A stretch of DNA of 64,000 nt, from contig JBBQZX010000021.1 of assembly GCA_038207335.1 (NCBI GenBank), forward strand, positions 1 through 64,000. Direction: 5' to 3'. Source of the DNA: Chthoniobacterales bacterium (lineage in GTDB: Bacteria; Verrucomicrobiota; Verrucomicrobiia; Chthoniobacterales; Chthoniobacteraceae). A model generated the notes under the pieces. It was not told the DNA's origin, searched no databases, and saw nothing but the letters and a program-made list of their open reading frames with translations. A program made the position numbers and the translations under genes. Of this stretch, positions 16,793 to 26,647 are shown one piece after another; within the stretch, counting starts at the first letter, position 1, and every line of letters starts with the position of its first letter.

Positions 16793-19731
16793 AAATCCGC
16801 GTCGTCGAAACGCCATTGTTGATTGTTGCCGCCGACGTATTGCCACAGCACGAGGTCGGCGCCGGCGGCGGAGCTGATGCCCGACACGTCGAGCGATTGC
16901 GCGGGCGCGTGGACGGGCGAAATCCTCACCCAGCCTTGATCTGTCGGCGTGAAGGTGAATTTTTGCGACGCCGTATTCGCCCACGCTTCGAGGACGAGTT
17001 TCGTCCCATTCGCCGTCCCGGCCGCCGCTGCCGCGAGCGTCATCCCGGGCTGATTTTGAGGAAAAATCCGAAACTGCCCCGTGCCCGCGGCCTGCACGGT
17101 CCAGCGCTGCGTCTGGTCCCCCGCCCACGACTGCTGCTCGACCTGCGTGCCCGCCGCGGCGTTGCGTCCGCGGAGCCCGAGCGCCATCGCCTGCGCGTGC
17201 CGCGGCACGATGCGATACGTCCCTTCGCTCAGCCCGAGGAGGCGCGGCTCCCACGACTGCTCGGCGCCGGAAAAGTCGTCGTATTGGATCACGTCGCCGT
17301 TGTTCGCGGTGTCCGCGCTGAGCACCTGAGTGGTCCCGCGATGCCGCAGCTTCACGAAGCCGTCGCCGGTCAGCAGCACGTTCCACTTTTGCGCGTCGCT
17401 GGTGTTCTGCGTCCACTGCTGGATTTGCCCGTAATTGCCGCCGTTGTTCCCCGACACATCGAGCCACATCGGACTGCCGAAGTGGTTGAGACTGTAGGAA
17501 CCGTCCGCATTTCTCCACACCGCCCACTGCTGCGCAGGCGCGCCGTTGTAAGCGTAAAGTTGCACCTCCGTGCCGCTGGCGACGCTGTTGTTTGGCACGT
17601 CGAGATATTTGTCGAACGACTTGTTCCGAAACGCGTAGATGCCGCCGGAGACGAGCGCGCGATGCCCCTGCGTGTAGCCCGCGCCGAGGCTCACTTTCAG
17701 GTAAAGGTATTTGCCACCTGTGCCTGTGCTCATGCGCCCGGCGGTTGTGAGCGAGAGATTCGAGACGGAGTCGGTGAAAGTCTGTCCCTGCGCGAGTGGT
17801 GCGTTGTCGGTGTTGCCGCTCGGGTCGTTCATGTCCACGACGTGCGAATCACCGGCTTTGGTCGCGGGCACGGCGACCACGTACGCACCTTGGTTGTAGG
17901 CCGACTGGCCGATCGCGTCGCCGCGGAACATCACCCAAAAATCGAGCTCGTTCTCCCGCGTAATTTTGAATGCCACCGGCTTCGTGAGGTCCGCCAAGCC
18001 GTCGAATTGATTCAGCCGATACGTCCCCGAATGCGAAATCGGCAGCACCGCCGCGTCCGGCAGCCAGCCGCACAGGCTCTTGTAATACGCGTTGTAATCG
18101 TTGTTTCCATCCGTGCCCCACGCGTTGCCCATCGGGTCGCTGTTGTCGCCGTATTCCACATGCGTGCGGCTCGCGGAAAGGGGATTGCCGTCGGTCGAGG
18201 TCCACGAGTTCGCGTGCGGCAGCCAAAAGACGTGCCCGTATTCATGCACGAGCAGATGTTTGTCGGCGGTGCCGTTGCACCAAATCGTGTCTCCGCCGCC
18301 CCAGCCCGCCGCGCCCGTTTGCACAAAGCCCTCATGCACGATCACGCGGCAAGTGTAGTTGTCCGGCTCGAAGCCCAACCCGCGCGCCGCCGCCTTCGCG
18401 TCATCGCCGATCGGCCCCCAGTAGAGATTCATATTCACGGAGCCGTCGCTGTTTTTCCAATAGCCCGCGGATGCTTTCGGCATCCGCATCACCGGCGTGA
18501 CATCGACCGTGTCGATCCACGTCTTGTCGTAAGAAATGCGCTTGATCCGCGCATTCATCCCATCGCTCACGCCGACCTGATCGCGCAGATACGACTCCGA
18601 CATCCAGCCCGGATACGCCACGTCCGAAAAATCGACGCGCATGAAGAGAATTTTCTTCGCGCCATTCGTGAGTGACGCCGGCGGCTTGCCGGGAAAATCG
18701 GCGGTTCCATTGACTCCGCTCGATGACAGTTCGCGCGGCGTCCCGCCTTCGATCGCGTCGAGCGCCTGCGGAGTCGTCAGCGCGCGCTGCTCCAGCCGCG
18801 TCATTCGCGTCTCGAAATCCTCCGCGCAAAACGGGCAGCACATTGTGTAAGCATGCGAGCCGACGAGCAGCGCGGTTTTCTCCGCGACCGTTTCGCCGGG
18901 CGGCAATACGGGTTTGTCTTCCGTCACGATGCACTCCGCCGTTGTCTCGCTCGCGGTTTCGCCGGTCTCGAGCTTTCGCACAGGGCTGGATAAAACAGCT
19001 AGGTCGTCATCGAGCGCGACGCCGTGGATCGAGACATCGCGCAACGTCGGGATGAGCGCGCGTTCGCCGTAACGGTGGGCGGTGAAATACCGGTCTCCGA
19101 TTTTCGCCTGCTCCGCGGTCGGCACGGACGTCGCGACTCCGGGCGGCGGCAGGCCCATGATCCGCACGATGTCGCCGCGATCCGACACGCGTTTCTCCAG
19201 CACATCCGCGACTTCCGATGGCATCTCTTGCCTGACGGCAAAAGGCGGCGTCTCCGCGATTGCTTCACGCGGATTCGTGCGGATCAGATCGGCGACGACC
19301 GCGCGGCGGGCGACCGCGAGTTGGCGGCCTCGCGCGACCAAGCTCGCACGGGCTGCGGGCGTTGCAGCGCGATACTCCTCGGCCCATTGGTAAAATGCGG
19401 ACATTTCCGGCCGCACGGATTCTCCCCATGCGCTGGAGAAAAGCTCGCGCTCCGGGATTCGCTTCGGCACCAGTGCGGGCGCGGCGAGAATTGCGCGCGC
19501 CGGGTCGCGGCTCGGCGGGGGCACGGCATCGGCGACTGCGGTCGCGTCGTCTGTGAGAGTTGCCGATGCGCCGGCTTTTAGCGGTGAGGGCTGTGTCGCA
19601 GCAACGTGCGGCGTTTGCTCGGCAGGCTGCTTCACCCCGCGCTGGCTGAGCAACGCCGCACCCGCGCCCAGACAAACGGCGAGAATGGCACCGGCGAGCC
19701 AGCGGGATTTGCGAATGGGTGAGGGGAGCAT
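16789..19731 (-). CDS. Secreted zinc metalloprotease (M11/gametolysin-like) with tandem ricin-B lectin domains
   Basis: HEYGHVFWLPHAN...EYGDNSDPMG and multiple QxW ricin repeats (QQW, QKW, QSW, QRW, NQQW). Start taken at MLPSP, before the hydrophobic segment. Confidence 0.82.
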   Translation of the reverse strand: MLPSPIRKSRWLAGAILAVCLGAGAALLSQRGVKQPAEQTPHVAATQPSPLKAGASATLTDDATAVADAVPPPSRDPARAILAAPALVPKRIPERELFSSAWGESVRPEMSAFYQWAEEYRAATPAARASLVARGRQLAVARRAVVADLIRTNPREAIAETPPFAVRQEMPSEVADVLEKRVSDRGDIVRIMGLPPPGVATSVPTAEQAKIGDRYFTAHRYGERALIPTLRDVSIHGVALDDDLAVLSSPVRKLETGETASETTAECIVTEDKPVLPPGETVAEKTALLVGSHAYTMCCPFCAEDFETRMTRLEQRALTTPQALDAIEGGTPRELSSSGVNGTADFPGKPPASLTNGAKKILFMRVDFSDVAYPGWMSESYLRDQVGVSDGMNARIKRISYDKTWIDTVDVTPVMRMPKASAGYWKNSDGSVNMNLYWGPIGDDAKAAARGLGFEPDNYTCRVIVHEGFVQTGAAGWGGGDTIWCNGTADKHLLVHEYGHVFWLPHANSWTSTDGNPLSASRTHVEYGDNSDPMGNAWGTDGNNDYNAYYKSLCGWLPDAAVLPISHSGTYRLNQFDGLADLTKPVAFKITRENELDFWVMFRGDAIGQSAYNQGAYVVAVPATKAGDSHVVDMNDPSGNTDNAPLAQGQTFTDSVSNLSLTTAGRMSTGTGGKYLYLKVSLGAGYTQGHRALVSGGIYAFRNKSFDKYLDVPNNSVASGTEVQLYAYNGAPAQQWAVWRNADGSYSLNHFGSPMWLDVSGNNGGNYGQIQQWTQNTSDAQKWNVLLTGDGFVKLRHRGTTQVLSADTANNGDVIQYDDFSGAEQSWEPRLLGLSEGTYRIVPRHAQAMALGLRGRNAAAGTQVEQQSWAGDQTQRWTVQAAGTGQFRIFPQNQPGMTLAAAAAGTANGTKLVLEAWANTASQKFTFTPTDQGWVRISPVHAPAQSLDVSGISSAAGADLVLWQYVGGNNQQWRFDDADL

Positions 19732-19829
19732 TGCGGGGGACGCCGAACCGGGCGGGGCAGACGCGCCCGCAAGGGAATCGTTCGTTGTCCCGAGTCGAGA
19801 GGTAGCACTCTGGAAGACAAATGGCTGCT

Positions 19830-19945
19830 GTCCATGAGGATTGCGGTCGATATTTGGAGGAATCCAGTCTGACGGCCTGCGGCTAGGATGCACATCCTCC
19901 TAAACGACCCGTTTTCTCCAAAAAATGACCGGCAACCTCATGGAC
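19830..19945. promoter_or_regulatory. 30-bp imperfect inverted repeat with central palindrome in a divergent promoter region
   Basis: 19830-19859 matches the reverse complement of 19916-19945 at 24/30 positions, with the outer 10 bp perfect. AGGATG-CA-CATCCT lies at 19885-19898. Confidence 0.6.
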
Positions 19946-20011
19946 TTCGTGACATTCCGGTTAAAGTTCCATTGTCAAATTCCGTCCACAGTGGGCGGTC
20001 GCCCTTCGCTT

Positions 20012-23000
20012 ATGAACCCTCTCCCTCGCTCCCTCCGCCGTTCCCGCCGCGCAAAGCCGACCCAAATCCTCACGCGCAGCATCGCCGCCATCGTCTCGGC
20101 AAATCTCGCCGTCTATGCCGTCTCGACTTGGACCGGCGCGGGCACCGACTCCTTCTGGAGTACGAATGCCAACTGGGACGTGCCGCCTTCGCCTTTCTCA
20201 GACAGCCTCGTTTTCGACGCCGCGACCAATCTCGCGCCGAACAACGACTTCACCGGCTTCACCTCCAATGCCATCACCTTCGGGCCAAACGCCGCGGCCT
20301 ACGTGCTTAACGGAAATGAAATCACGCTCGCCGGCCCGACCACGAACAATTCCACCGCGACGCAGACGATCGGCTTCGGCCTCAATTTCTCGACGGCACG
20401 CATCTTCAACGCCGCCGCGGGAAACATCACGCTCACCGGGCCGATCAACGCAACGACCGGCTCCCAACTCATCAAGCAGGGCGCGGGGACGCTCACGATT
20501 TCAAACCCGGGAACGACTGCGCTCGGCAACAACACCGGCGCGGGCGTCGTGCTGCAGGCTGGCACCACGCGACTCGCTGGCGGCAGCGGCGCGGTGTATA
20601 ACGTGACCGGCGAACTCTACGTCGGCGACACGTCAAACCAAAACGTCGCGCTCAACGTGGACAGCGGCTCTGTGAATATCTCGACGTGGCTGGCGGTCGC
20701 GCGCGGAAATGGCAACGGCACCGTCTCCTCGGACGTGACGCTCAACGGCTCATCGCAGTTGACCTCACTCAATTTCAGCGCGGGTTATTTTGCCAATGTC
20801 GTTGGGAATACCCCGCGCGGAACCATCACGCTCAACGGCACCTCGACGATGCAGGTCACCGCGAACAACGGCAATTTTCTCCTCGGGGAATCCGCCGGGT
20901 CGAACATCGTCCTGCGCGTGAACGACTCCGCCACGCTGCGGCACACCGGCGGCACCGCGAGCCAGTCGAATATCGGCGTCGGTGGGCGTGGTGTTTTGAA
21001 TATCGCGAGCCCGACGGCGACCGTGGCTTTCAACCAAGTGAATCTCGGCTCTGCGGCGAACGGTTCCGGGGCGATCTACAACCGCGGCGTGCTTACCGTC
21101 GCCGCAGCCGCGAGCACAAACAACTTTGCCATCGGCAATGCGCCGGGATCCTACGGTTACTTTCTCCAAGACTCGGCGTCGCCGGTGATGATCAATGAAC
21201 TCGGTGTCGGCGGCGCGGGCAACGGCACGCCATCGACCGGGGGTGGCACCGGGGTGCTTGAGGTGCGCAGCGGCACGGTCGCGGCAAATCAGTGGATCAC
21301 CATGACCCGCAACAACGCCGTGACTGCGCAGACCGCGGCGATCATCGTCTCCGGCAGTGGCACCCTCGTCGCGCCCAATATCGCCGCCCGTTTCCGTGGC
21401 GGACAGCAGGGTGGGGCGGACATGTACAATCACATCGACATCGGCACCGGCGGCACGATCGCTGGCGGGCCGAACAGCGACCTCAACCTGCTCTTCGCGG
21501 CGCGTGCCACCAGCACCAGCGTCCTCGCCGTTCATGGCGGCGGCGTGTTCCAGACCGGCCGCATTTATGCCGACCAGGCGACCGGCACCACTTCGGTGAA
21601 TCTGGACGGCGGCAAAATCGTCGCCACCTCCAGTAACGCCGCCTTCCTCGGCACGAACATCGACGCCACCTACATCTACCCCGGCGGCGCTATTTTCGAC
21701 ACCGCGGGCTTCAACCCCACGATCGTCGGTCCTCTCTCCGCCCCGACCGGCAATGGCATCTCCAGCATCCCGATCGTCGGCAACGGCGCGGGCTACATCG
21801 GCCGACCCGTCGTGCAAATTGCCGGCGCCGGCATCGGTGCGGCAGCAGTCGCGAATTTCGACGAAACGACCGGCCTCCTCACCGGCATCACCGTCACCAG
21901 CCCCGGTGCCGGATACGTGAATCCCACCATCACCCTCGTCGGCGGCGGCTCCACCACGCAGGCGACGCTCGGCACGGCGGTGCTTTCGGGAAATGTGAAC
22001 ACCGGCGGCCTGACCAAGACCGGCGCGGGCATCCTCACTCTCACCGCCGCGAGCACCTACGGCGGCGGCACGACCATCAACGGCGGCACCCTGCGCGTCA
22101 CGAATACCGGCGGCTCCGGCACCGGCACGGGGCCGGTCAGCGTCCTCAGCGGCGGCGCGCTGGGCGGCACGGGGTTCATCACCGGAGCGGTCACCGTCAG
22201 CACCGGCGGCTCCCTCGCTCCCGGCGCGGGAGTCGGCACCGTCAACCTCGGCACCCTCACGCTCCAGCCAGGCTCGCTTTTGAACTACGAGATCACCAGC
22301 GCCAGCTCCCTCGATAGCACCGTCGTCACCACGGCCGACGGCCTCACCATCAACGGCGGTGCCTTCAATCTCTACGTCCCCGGCGGCACCACCACCTACA
22401 GCGCCAACGGTGTTTACAACCTCATCGGCTACACCGGCAACATCGGCGGTACGGGCACCACCGCGCTTTCCGTCGGCAATGCAGTCCCGGGCAAAAGCTA
22501 CATCTTCGACACTAATGGCGGCTTCGTCCGGCTCACCGTCGCCACCTCCGGCAGCACGCCGAATTTCTGGAACATCGATGCCGATGGCGCATGGGAGACC
22601 GGCAGCAACTGGACCCTCGGCAGCGCCCCGAATGCCGTGGGTGCCAGCGCGAATTTTGGCGGCGGCGGTGCCACCATCACCGCCCCGCGCACCGTCAATG
22701 TCGGCACTCAACAGACCGTCGGCTCCCTCGCCTTCAACAGCGTCCAGCCCTACACCCTCGGCGGCGCGGCGCTCCGACTCGACAACGGCGTCGTCCCCAA
22801 CAGCGAGATCACCGTCACCAACGGCCAGCACCTCATCGCCAATCCCCTCGTCGGCGTCACCGCCAACACCCAGTTCACCGTCGTCAACGCCTCCGACTCC
22901 CTCACCCTGCTCAACTCCATCAGCGGCGGCACCGCAATTGCCAAGCTCGGCGCGGGCACCCTCTCCCTCAAAGGCACCAACACCTTCACCGGTTCCACCA

Positions 23001-25462
23001 CCCTCAACGCCGGCACCCTCGAAATCACCGGCGACGACTCCATCGGTGCCTCCCTCACCCAAAACGCAGGCAGCGTCCTCCGCGTCATCGGCGCCGCGCA
23101 GGGCCTTACAAAGCCCGTCACCTTCGACCTCGCAGGCGCGCCCGTCATCGCCCTTACCGGCGTGGCCAATTCCCCCGCCAACTACGTCCTCGACGTCCCC
23201 ATCGGCTCCAATCTCTCCATCTTCAGCACCATCGACCGCTCCGCCGGAGGCAGCGCCGCAAAGATCGGCGGCGGCAGCATTACCTTCGCAAACCCCGGCA
23301 CCAACGTCCTCTCCAACAACGCCGGCCTCAGCTACGTCATCCGCGACGGCTCGATCACCTTCGATGGCGGCTCCTCCTCCAGCTACTCCGTCGCCGCCGG
23401 CGAATTCACCATCGGCGACCAGACCCAGACCGCGCCCACCGTCACCCTCCAGAGCGGCACCTTGAATGTCGGCACCTTCGCCAGCATCGGGCGTGGCAAC
23501 AGCACCACCGGCGCATCCGCCGCACTCATCATCAACGGCGGAACCCTCAACACCCAATTCCTTTACTCCGGCTTCGCCGCGGGCACCGCGGGCTACAACG
23601 CCACCCCGCGCATCGACATCAACGGCGTCTCCGCCGTCAATGTCTCCAACACCCTCCGCATCGGTGAAAGCGTCGGCGCCCTCGGCACCCTGAACATCCG
23701 CGACTTCACAAACGTCGCCATCACCAGCATCGCCCAGATTGGCTTCGGCGGACGCGGCATCGTCAATATCTCCGGCTCTCCCACCATCTCCGTCGCCGTC
23801 TGGGACACCGGATACGGCACCAATGGCGCCAACAACACTGGTGCCGGGGTCGTCCGCCAGACCGGCGGCACCATCGTCCAAAATGGCGCCTTCGCGGGCG
23901 ACTGGCGCATCGGCGGCGCATTGGCCAACGCCGGCACCATCACCACCAACGACACCTTCGCCTACGGCAGCCACACCATCTCAGGCGCCAGCACCCTCCT
24001 CGACACCGGCGGGCGACACCTCCAGATCGGCGCAGGCGGTCGCGGCGTCCTCGACATCAGCGGCGGTGCCACCGTCAGTAGTGGCGGCTTCCCGGTCGTC
24101 GGCCGCTTCCCCGGCAGCTTCGGCCTCCTCAATATCAGCGGCGGCTCTTTCAACCAGACCACCGCCGGCAATCTCTTCATCGTCGGCGAGCAGGGCACCG
24201 GCGTCGTCAACATCTCCGGCACAGGCCTCCTCAACGCCCTCGGCGGCGCAGGCACCAGCCCCACCGGCGGCAGCGGCGGCATCCGCCTCGGCCACACCGC
24301 CACCGGCAGCGGCATCCTGAACATCGACGGCGGTGCCGTCCAAACCACCGGCATCACCCGCAGCGACGTCAGCTCCTTCGGCTACGTCTATCTCAACGGC
24401 GGCACCCTCCGTGCCGGTGCCGACAACTTCGCCTTCCTCCAGGGCCTCAACGCCGTCACCGTCGGCCCCACCGGAGCCGTCATCGACACCAACGGCTTCA
24501 ACATCAACGTCGCCCAAAACCTCAACGCCCCCACCGGCAACGGCCTCCTCACCATTCCCGTCATCAGCGGCGGCACCGGATACATCGGCCAGCCCATCGT
24601 CCAGATCCAGGGAGGCGGCGCCGCCGCCAGCGCCACCGCCCAGATCGATGCCAACGGCGTCCTCACCGGCATCACCATCACCAATCCCGGCACCGACTAC
24701 ACCGCACCCACCGTCAACCTCCTCGGAGGCGGCTTCACCACCGCCGCCACCCTCGGCACCCCCGTCCTCGGCGCGAACATCACCACCGGCGGCCTCATCA
24801 AACGCGGCAACGGCGTCCTCACCCTCTCCGGCTTGAACACCTACACCGGCCCCACCGTCATCGAAGCCGGCCTCCTCACCCTCACCGGCAGCATCAGCGG
24901 CTCCACCTCCATCAACGTCAAAGCCGGCGCCATCCTCGACGTCTTCAACACCTCCGGAGGCTTCACCGTCAGCCCCAACCAGACCATCCGCGGCGCAGGC
25001 ACCGTCAGCGGTGCCGCCAACATCGCAGGCACCGTCGCCCCCGGCGACACCGTCGGCGCCCTCAGCTTCGACACCGCCCTCACATTCTCCAGCGGCTCCA
25101 CCCTCTCCCTCGACATCACCGGCGCCGCCACCTTCGACCAATTCATCGCCCCCTCCGTCACCCTCACTAGCCCCGTCAATCTCGCCCTCAACCTCGCCTA
25201 CACCCCCGCATTCGGCACCACCTTCCGCATCATCGACAACCTCGGCAGCAGCAGCATCGCCGAAAATCTCTTCTGGTCCGGCCCCGAAGGCCAGCTCACC
25301 GAGGGCGAGCACTTCCTCGTTGGCGGAAAAGAACTCGTCATCAGCTACCAGGGCGGCACCGGCAACGACGTCACTCTCACAGCCGTCCCCGAGCCCGGCA
25401 GCGCCGCCCTCCTCCTCGCCACCGCCCCCCTCCTCGGCCTCCGCCGCCGTCGCCGCGCCTGA
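20012..25462 (+). CDS. Giant autotransporter-associated beta-strand-repeat surface protein with PEP-CTERM sorting signal
   Basis: Repeated GGLTKTGAGILTLTAASTYGGGTTINGGTL-type motifs and C-terminal VPEPGSAALLLATAPLLGLRRRRRA. No beta-barrel. Start uncertain (ORF open from 19925). Confidence 0.9.
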   Translation: MNPLPRSLRRSRRAKPTQILTRSIAAIVSANLAVYAVSTWTGAGTDSFWSTNANWDVPPSPFSDSLVFDAATNLAPNNDFTGFTSNAITFGPNAAAYVLNGNEITLAGPTTNNSTATQTIGFGLNFSTARIFNAAAGNITLTGPINATTGSQLIKQGAGTLTISNPGTTALGNNTGAGVVLQAGTTRLAGGSGAVYNVTGELYVGDTSNQNVALNVDSGSVNISTWLAVARGNGNGTVSSDVTLNGSSQLTSLNFSAGYFANVVGNTPRGTITLNGTSTMQVTANNGNFLLGESAGSNIVLRVNDSATLRHTGGTASQSNIGVGGRGVLNIASPTATVAFNQVNLGSAANGSGAIYNRGVLTVAAAASTNNFAIGNAPGSYGYFLQDSASPVMINELGVGGAGNGTPSTGGGTGVLEVRSGTVAANQWITMTRNNAVTAQTAAIIVSGSGTLVAPNIAARFRGGQQGGADMYNHIDIGTGGTIAGGPNSDLNLLFAARATSTSVLAVHGGGVFQTGRIYADQATGTTSVNLDGGKIVATSSNAAFLGTNIDATYIYPGGAIFDTAGFNPTIVGPLSAPTGNGISSIPIVGNGAGYIGRPVVQIAGAGIGAAAVANFDETTGLLTGITVTSPGAGYVNPTITLVGGGSTTQATLGTAVLSGNVNTGGLTKTGAGILTLTAASTYGGGTTINGGTLRVTNTGGSGTGTGPVSVLSGGALGGTGFITGAVTVSTGGSLAPGAGVGTVNLGTLTLQPGSLLNYEITSASSLDSTVVTTADGLTINGGAFNLYVPGGTTTYSANGVYNLIGYTGNIGGTGTTALSVGNAVPGKSYIFDTNGGFVRLTVATSGSTPNFWNIDADGAWETGSNWTLGSAPNAVGASANFGGGGATITAPRTVNVGTQQTVGSLAFNSVQPYTLGGAALRLDNGVVPNSEITVTNGQHLIANPLVGVTANTQFTVVNASDSLTLLNSISGGTAIAKLGAGTLSLKGTNTFTGSTTLNAGTLEITGDDSIGASLTQNAGSVLRVIGAAQGLTKPVTFDLAGAPVIALTGVANSPANYVLDVPIGSNLSIFSTIDRSAGGSAAKIGGGSITFANPGTNVLSNNAGLSYVIRDGSITFDGGSSSSYSVAAGEFTIGDQTQTAPTVTLQSGTLNVGTFASIGRGNSTTGASAALIINGGTLNTQFLYSGFAAGTAGYNATPRIDINGVSAVNVSNTLRIGESVGALGTLNIRDFTNVAITSIAQIGFGGRGIVNISGSPTISVAVWDTGYGTNGANNTGAGVVRQTGGTIVQNGAFAGDWRIGGALANAGTITTNDTFAYGSHTISGASTLLDTGGRHLQIGAGGRGVLDISGGATVSSGGFPVVGRFPGSFGLLNISGGSFNQTTAGNLFIVGEQGTGVVNISGTGLLNALGGAGTSPTGGSGGIRLGHTATGSGILNIDGGAVQTTGITRSDVSSFGYVYLNGGTLRAGADNFAFLQGLNAVTVGPTGAVIDTNGFNINVAQNLNAPTGNGLLTIPVISGGTGYIGQPIVQIQGGGAAASATAQIDANGVLTGITITNPGTDYTAPTVNLLGGGFTTAATLGTPVLGANITTGGLIKRGNGVLTLSGLNTYTGPTVIEAGLLTLTGSISGSTSINVKAGAILDVFNTSGGFTVSPNQTIRGAGTVSGAANIAGTVAPGDTVGALSFDTALTFSSGSTLSLDITGAATFDQFIAPSVTLTSPVNLALNLAYTPAFGTTFRIIDNLGSSSIAENLFWSGPEGQLTEGEHFLVGGKELVISYQGGTGNDVTLTAVPEPGSAALLLATAPLLGLRRRRRA

Positions 25463-25516
25463 ACCCGCATCCCTGCCCCTCCGCTTCGCGAAAGCGGCCC
25501 CCTCTCGGCTTCTAAA

Positions 25517-25684
25517 AAATCAGCCGATTCCGGCCTCCCAGAAACCGCCCGGAAAAATCCCAACCCCTTCCCGGCGTTCCCAAACACCACCGGCAAAAAT
25601 GCCGATGGCTTTCCGGCGTCCGGAAACTTCATAGGCAAAAATGCCGGTGCCTTTACGGTGGCCGGAAACCTCGTAGGCAAAAAG
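25517..25684. repeat. Degenerate 42-bp tandem repeat, about 4 units
   Basis: AAAAAT/AAAAAG anchors end at 25558, 25600, 25642 and 25684. Units 25601-25642 and 25643-25684 are 34/42 identical. Confidence 0.8.
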
Positions 25685-25798
25685 CGTATAGGATTCGCCA
25701 ACTCCTCTGAAGCCCCGGAAACAGTTTCCTGTCGCTTTTTGCACACTCCAGAGTAACGCCGCACCCGTCGCCCGAACCGCCGTCCCAACGGGAACCCG

Positions 25799-26206
25799 TC
25801 AGCTAAACGTCAACTTCTTCACCCCCGACGCGCTCAGGGCATTCATAACATCGACGATCCGTTCGTGACGCGCGTCCGCGCTCGGCCGGATAAACACAGG
25901 ATCTCCGTCGCCAAACGCCGCCATGGCGTCCGTAAACCAAGAGCGGAGTGCCGGAAGCGAATGATCCGTCGGCAAATCGAAGTTCTTGCCGTTCATCGAA
26001 ACCTGCCCATTCGCGTCGATCCCCACCACGACAGAGATGTGGGAGCTCCCGTCGCTACCCGGCAGATTCAGAGCGAGTTGCTTTTCCACGACCTGCGACC
26101 CCGCGCTGGCCATGAAGAAGAGCATCAGCACGAACACCACATCGACCATCGGCGCGATCTGGAAGCCGATGTGCCCGTCTTCGCGATCGATGGAGGAGCC
26201 CCCCAT
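25799..26206 (-). CDS. exbD: ExbD/TolR family protein (tandem duplicate)
   Basis: FQIAPMVDVVFVLMLFFM TM segment with the conserved Asp; VFIRP..DARHERIVDV. Confidence 0.9.
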   Translation of the reverse strand: MGGSSIDREDGHIGFQIAPMVDVVFVLMLFFMASAGSQVVEKQLALNLPGSDGSSHISVVVGIDANGQVSMNGKNFDLPTDHSLPALRSWFTDAMAAFGDGDPVFIRPSADARHERIVDVMNALSASGVKKLTFS

Positions 26207-26213
26207 ACGCTCC

Positions 26214-26627
26214 TCAGCTAAACGTCAGATTTTTCACCCCAGACGCGCTCGCCGCATTGAGCACATCCACGATGCGCTCGTGCCTCGCATCGGGATTCGG
26301 CCGGATGATCACAGGGTCCTTGTCCCCAAAGGTTTCGATCGCGTTCTTCAGCCAACTGCGCAAGTCCGGCAGGTTCTTGTCCTTCGGCTCCCCGTATCCC
26401 TGATTGTTCATCGAAACCTGCCCGTCGGCACCGATTTCAATCACGATCGGCGTCACTGCTGCACCGCCGCTGGACTGACCGGCTGGAAGATTCATATTCA
26501 GCTCCTTTTCCACGACCTGCGACCCGGCGCTGGCCATGAAGAAGAGCATCAGCACGAACACGACATCCACCATCGGCGCGATTTGAAAGCCGATGTCACC
26601 GTCTTCTGAACCCATTGATCCGCCCAT
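26214..26627 (-). CDS. exbD: ExbD/TolR family protein
   Basis: FQIAPMVDVVFVLMLFFM; VIIRP. Confidence 0.92.
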   Translation of the reverse strand: MGGSMGSEDGDIGFQIAPMVDVVFVLMLFFMASAGSQVVEKELNMNLPAGQSSGGAAVTPIVIEIGADGQVSMNNQGYGEPKDKNLPDLRSWLKNAIETFGDKDPVIIRPNPDARHERIVDVLNAASASGVKNLTFS

Positions 26628-26647
26628 AAAAAAAGAGTCCTTTCGAG

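Noticed and set aside
20765..23974. 1069-aa minus-strand ORF (also 49273..51522, 40563..41960, 58413..59876)
   Set aside because: Shadows of strongly C-biased sense genes, which lack antisense stops.
25517..25684. Possible CRISPR array
   Set aside because: Units are contiguous and degenerate along their length; there are no constant repeats with unique spacers and no cas genes.
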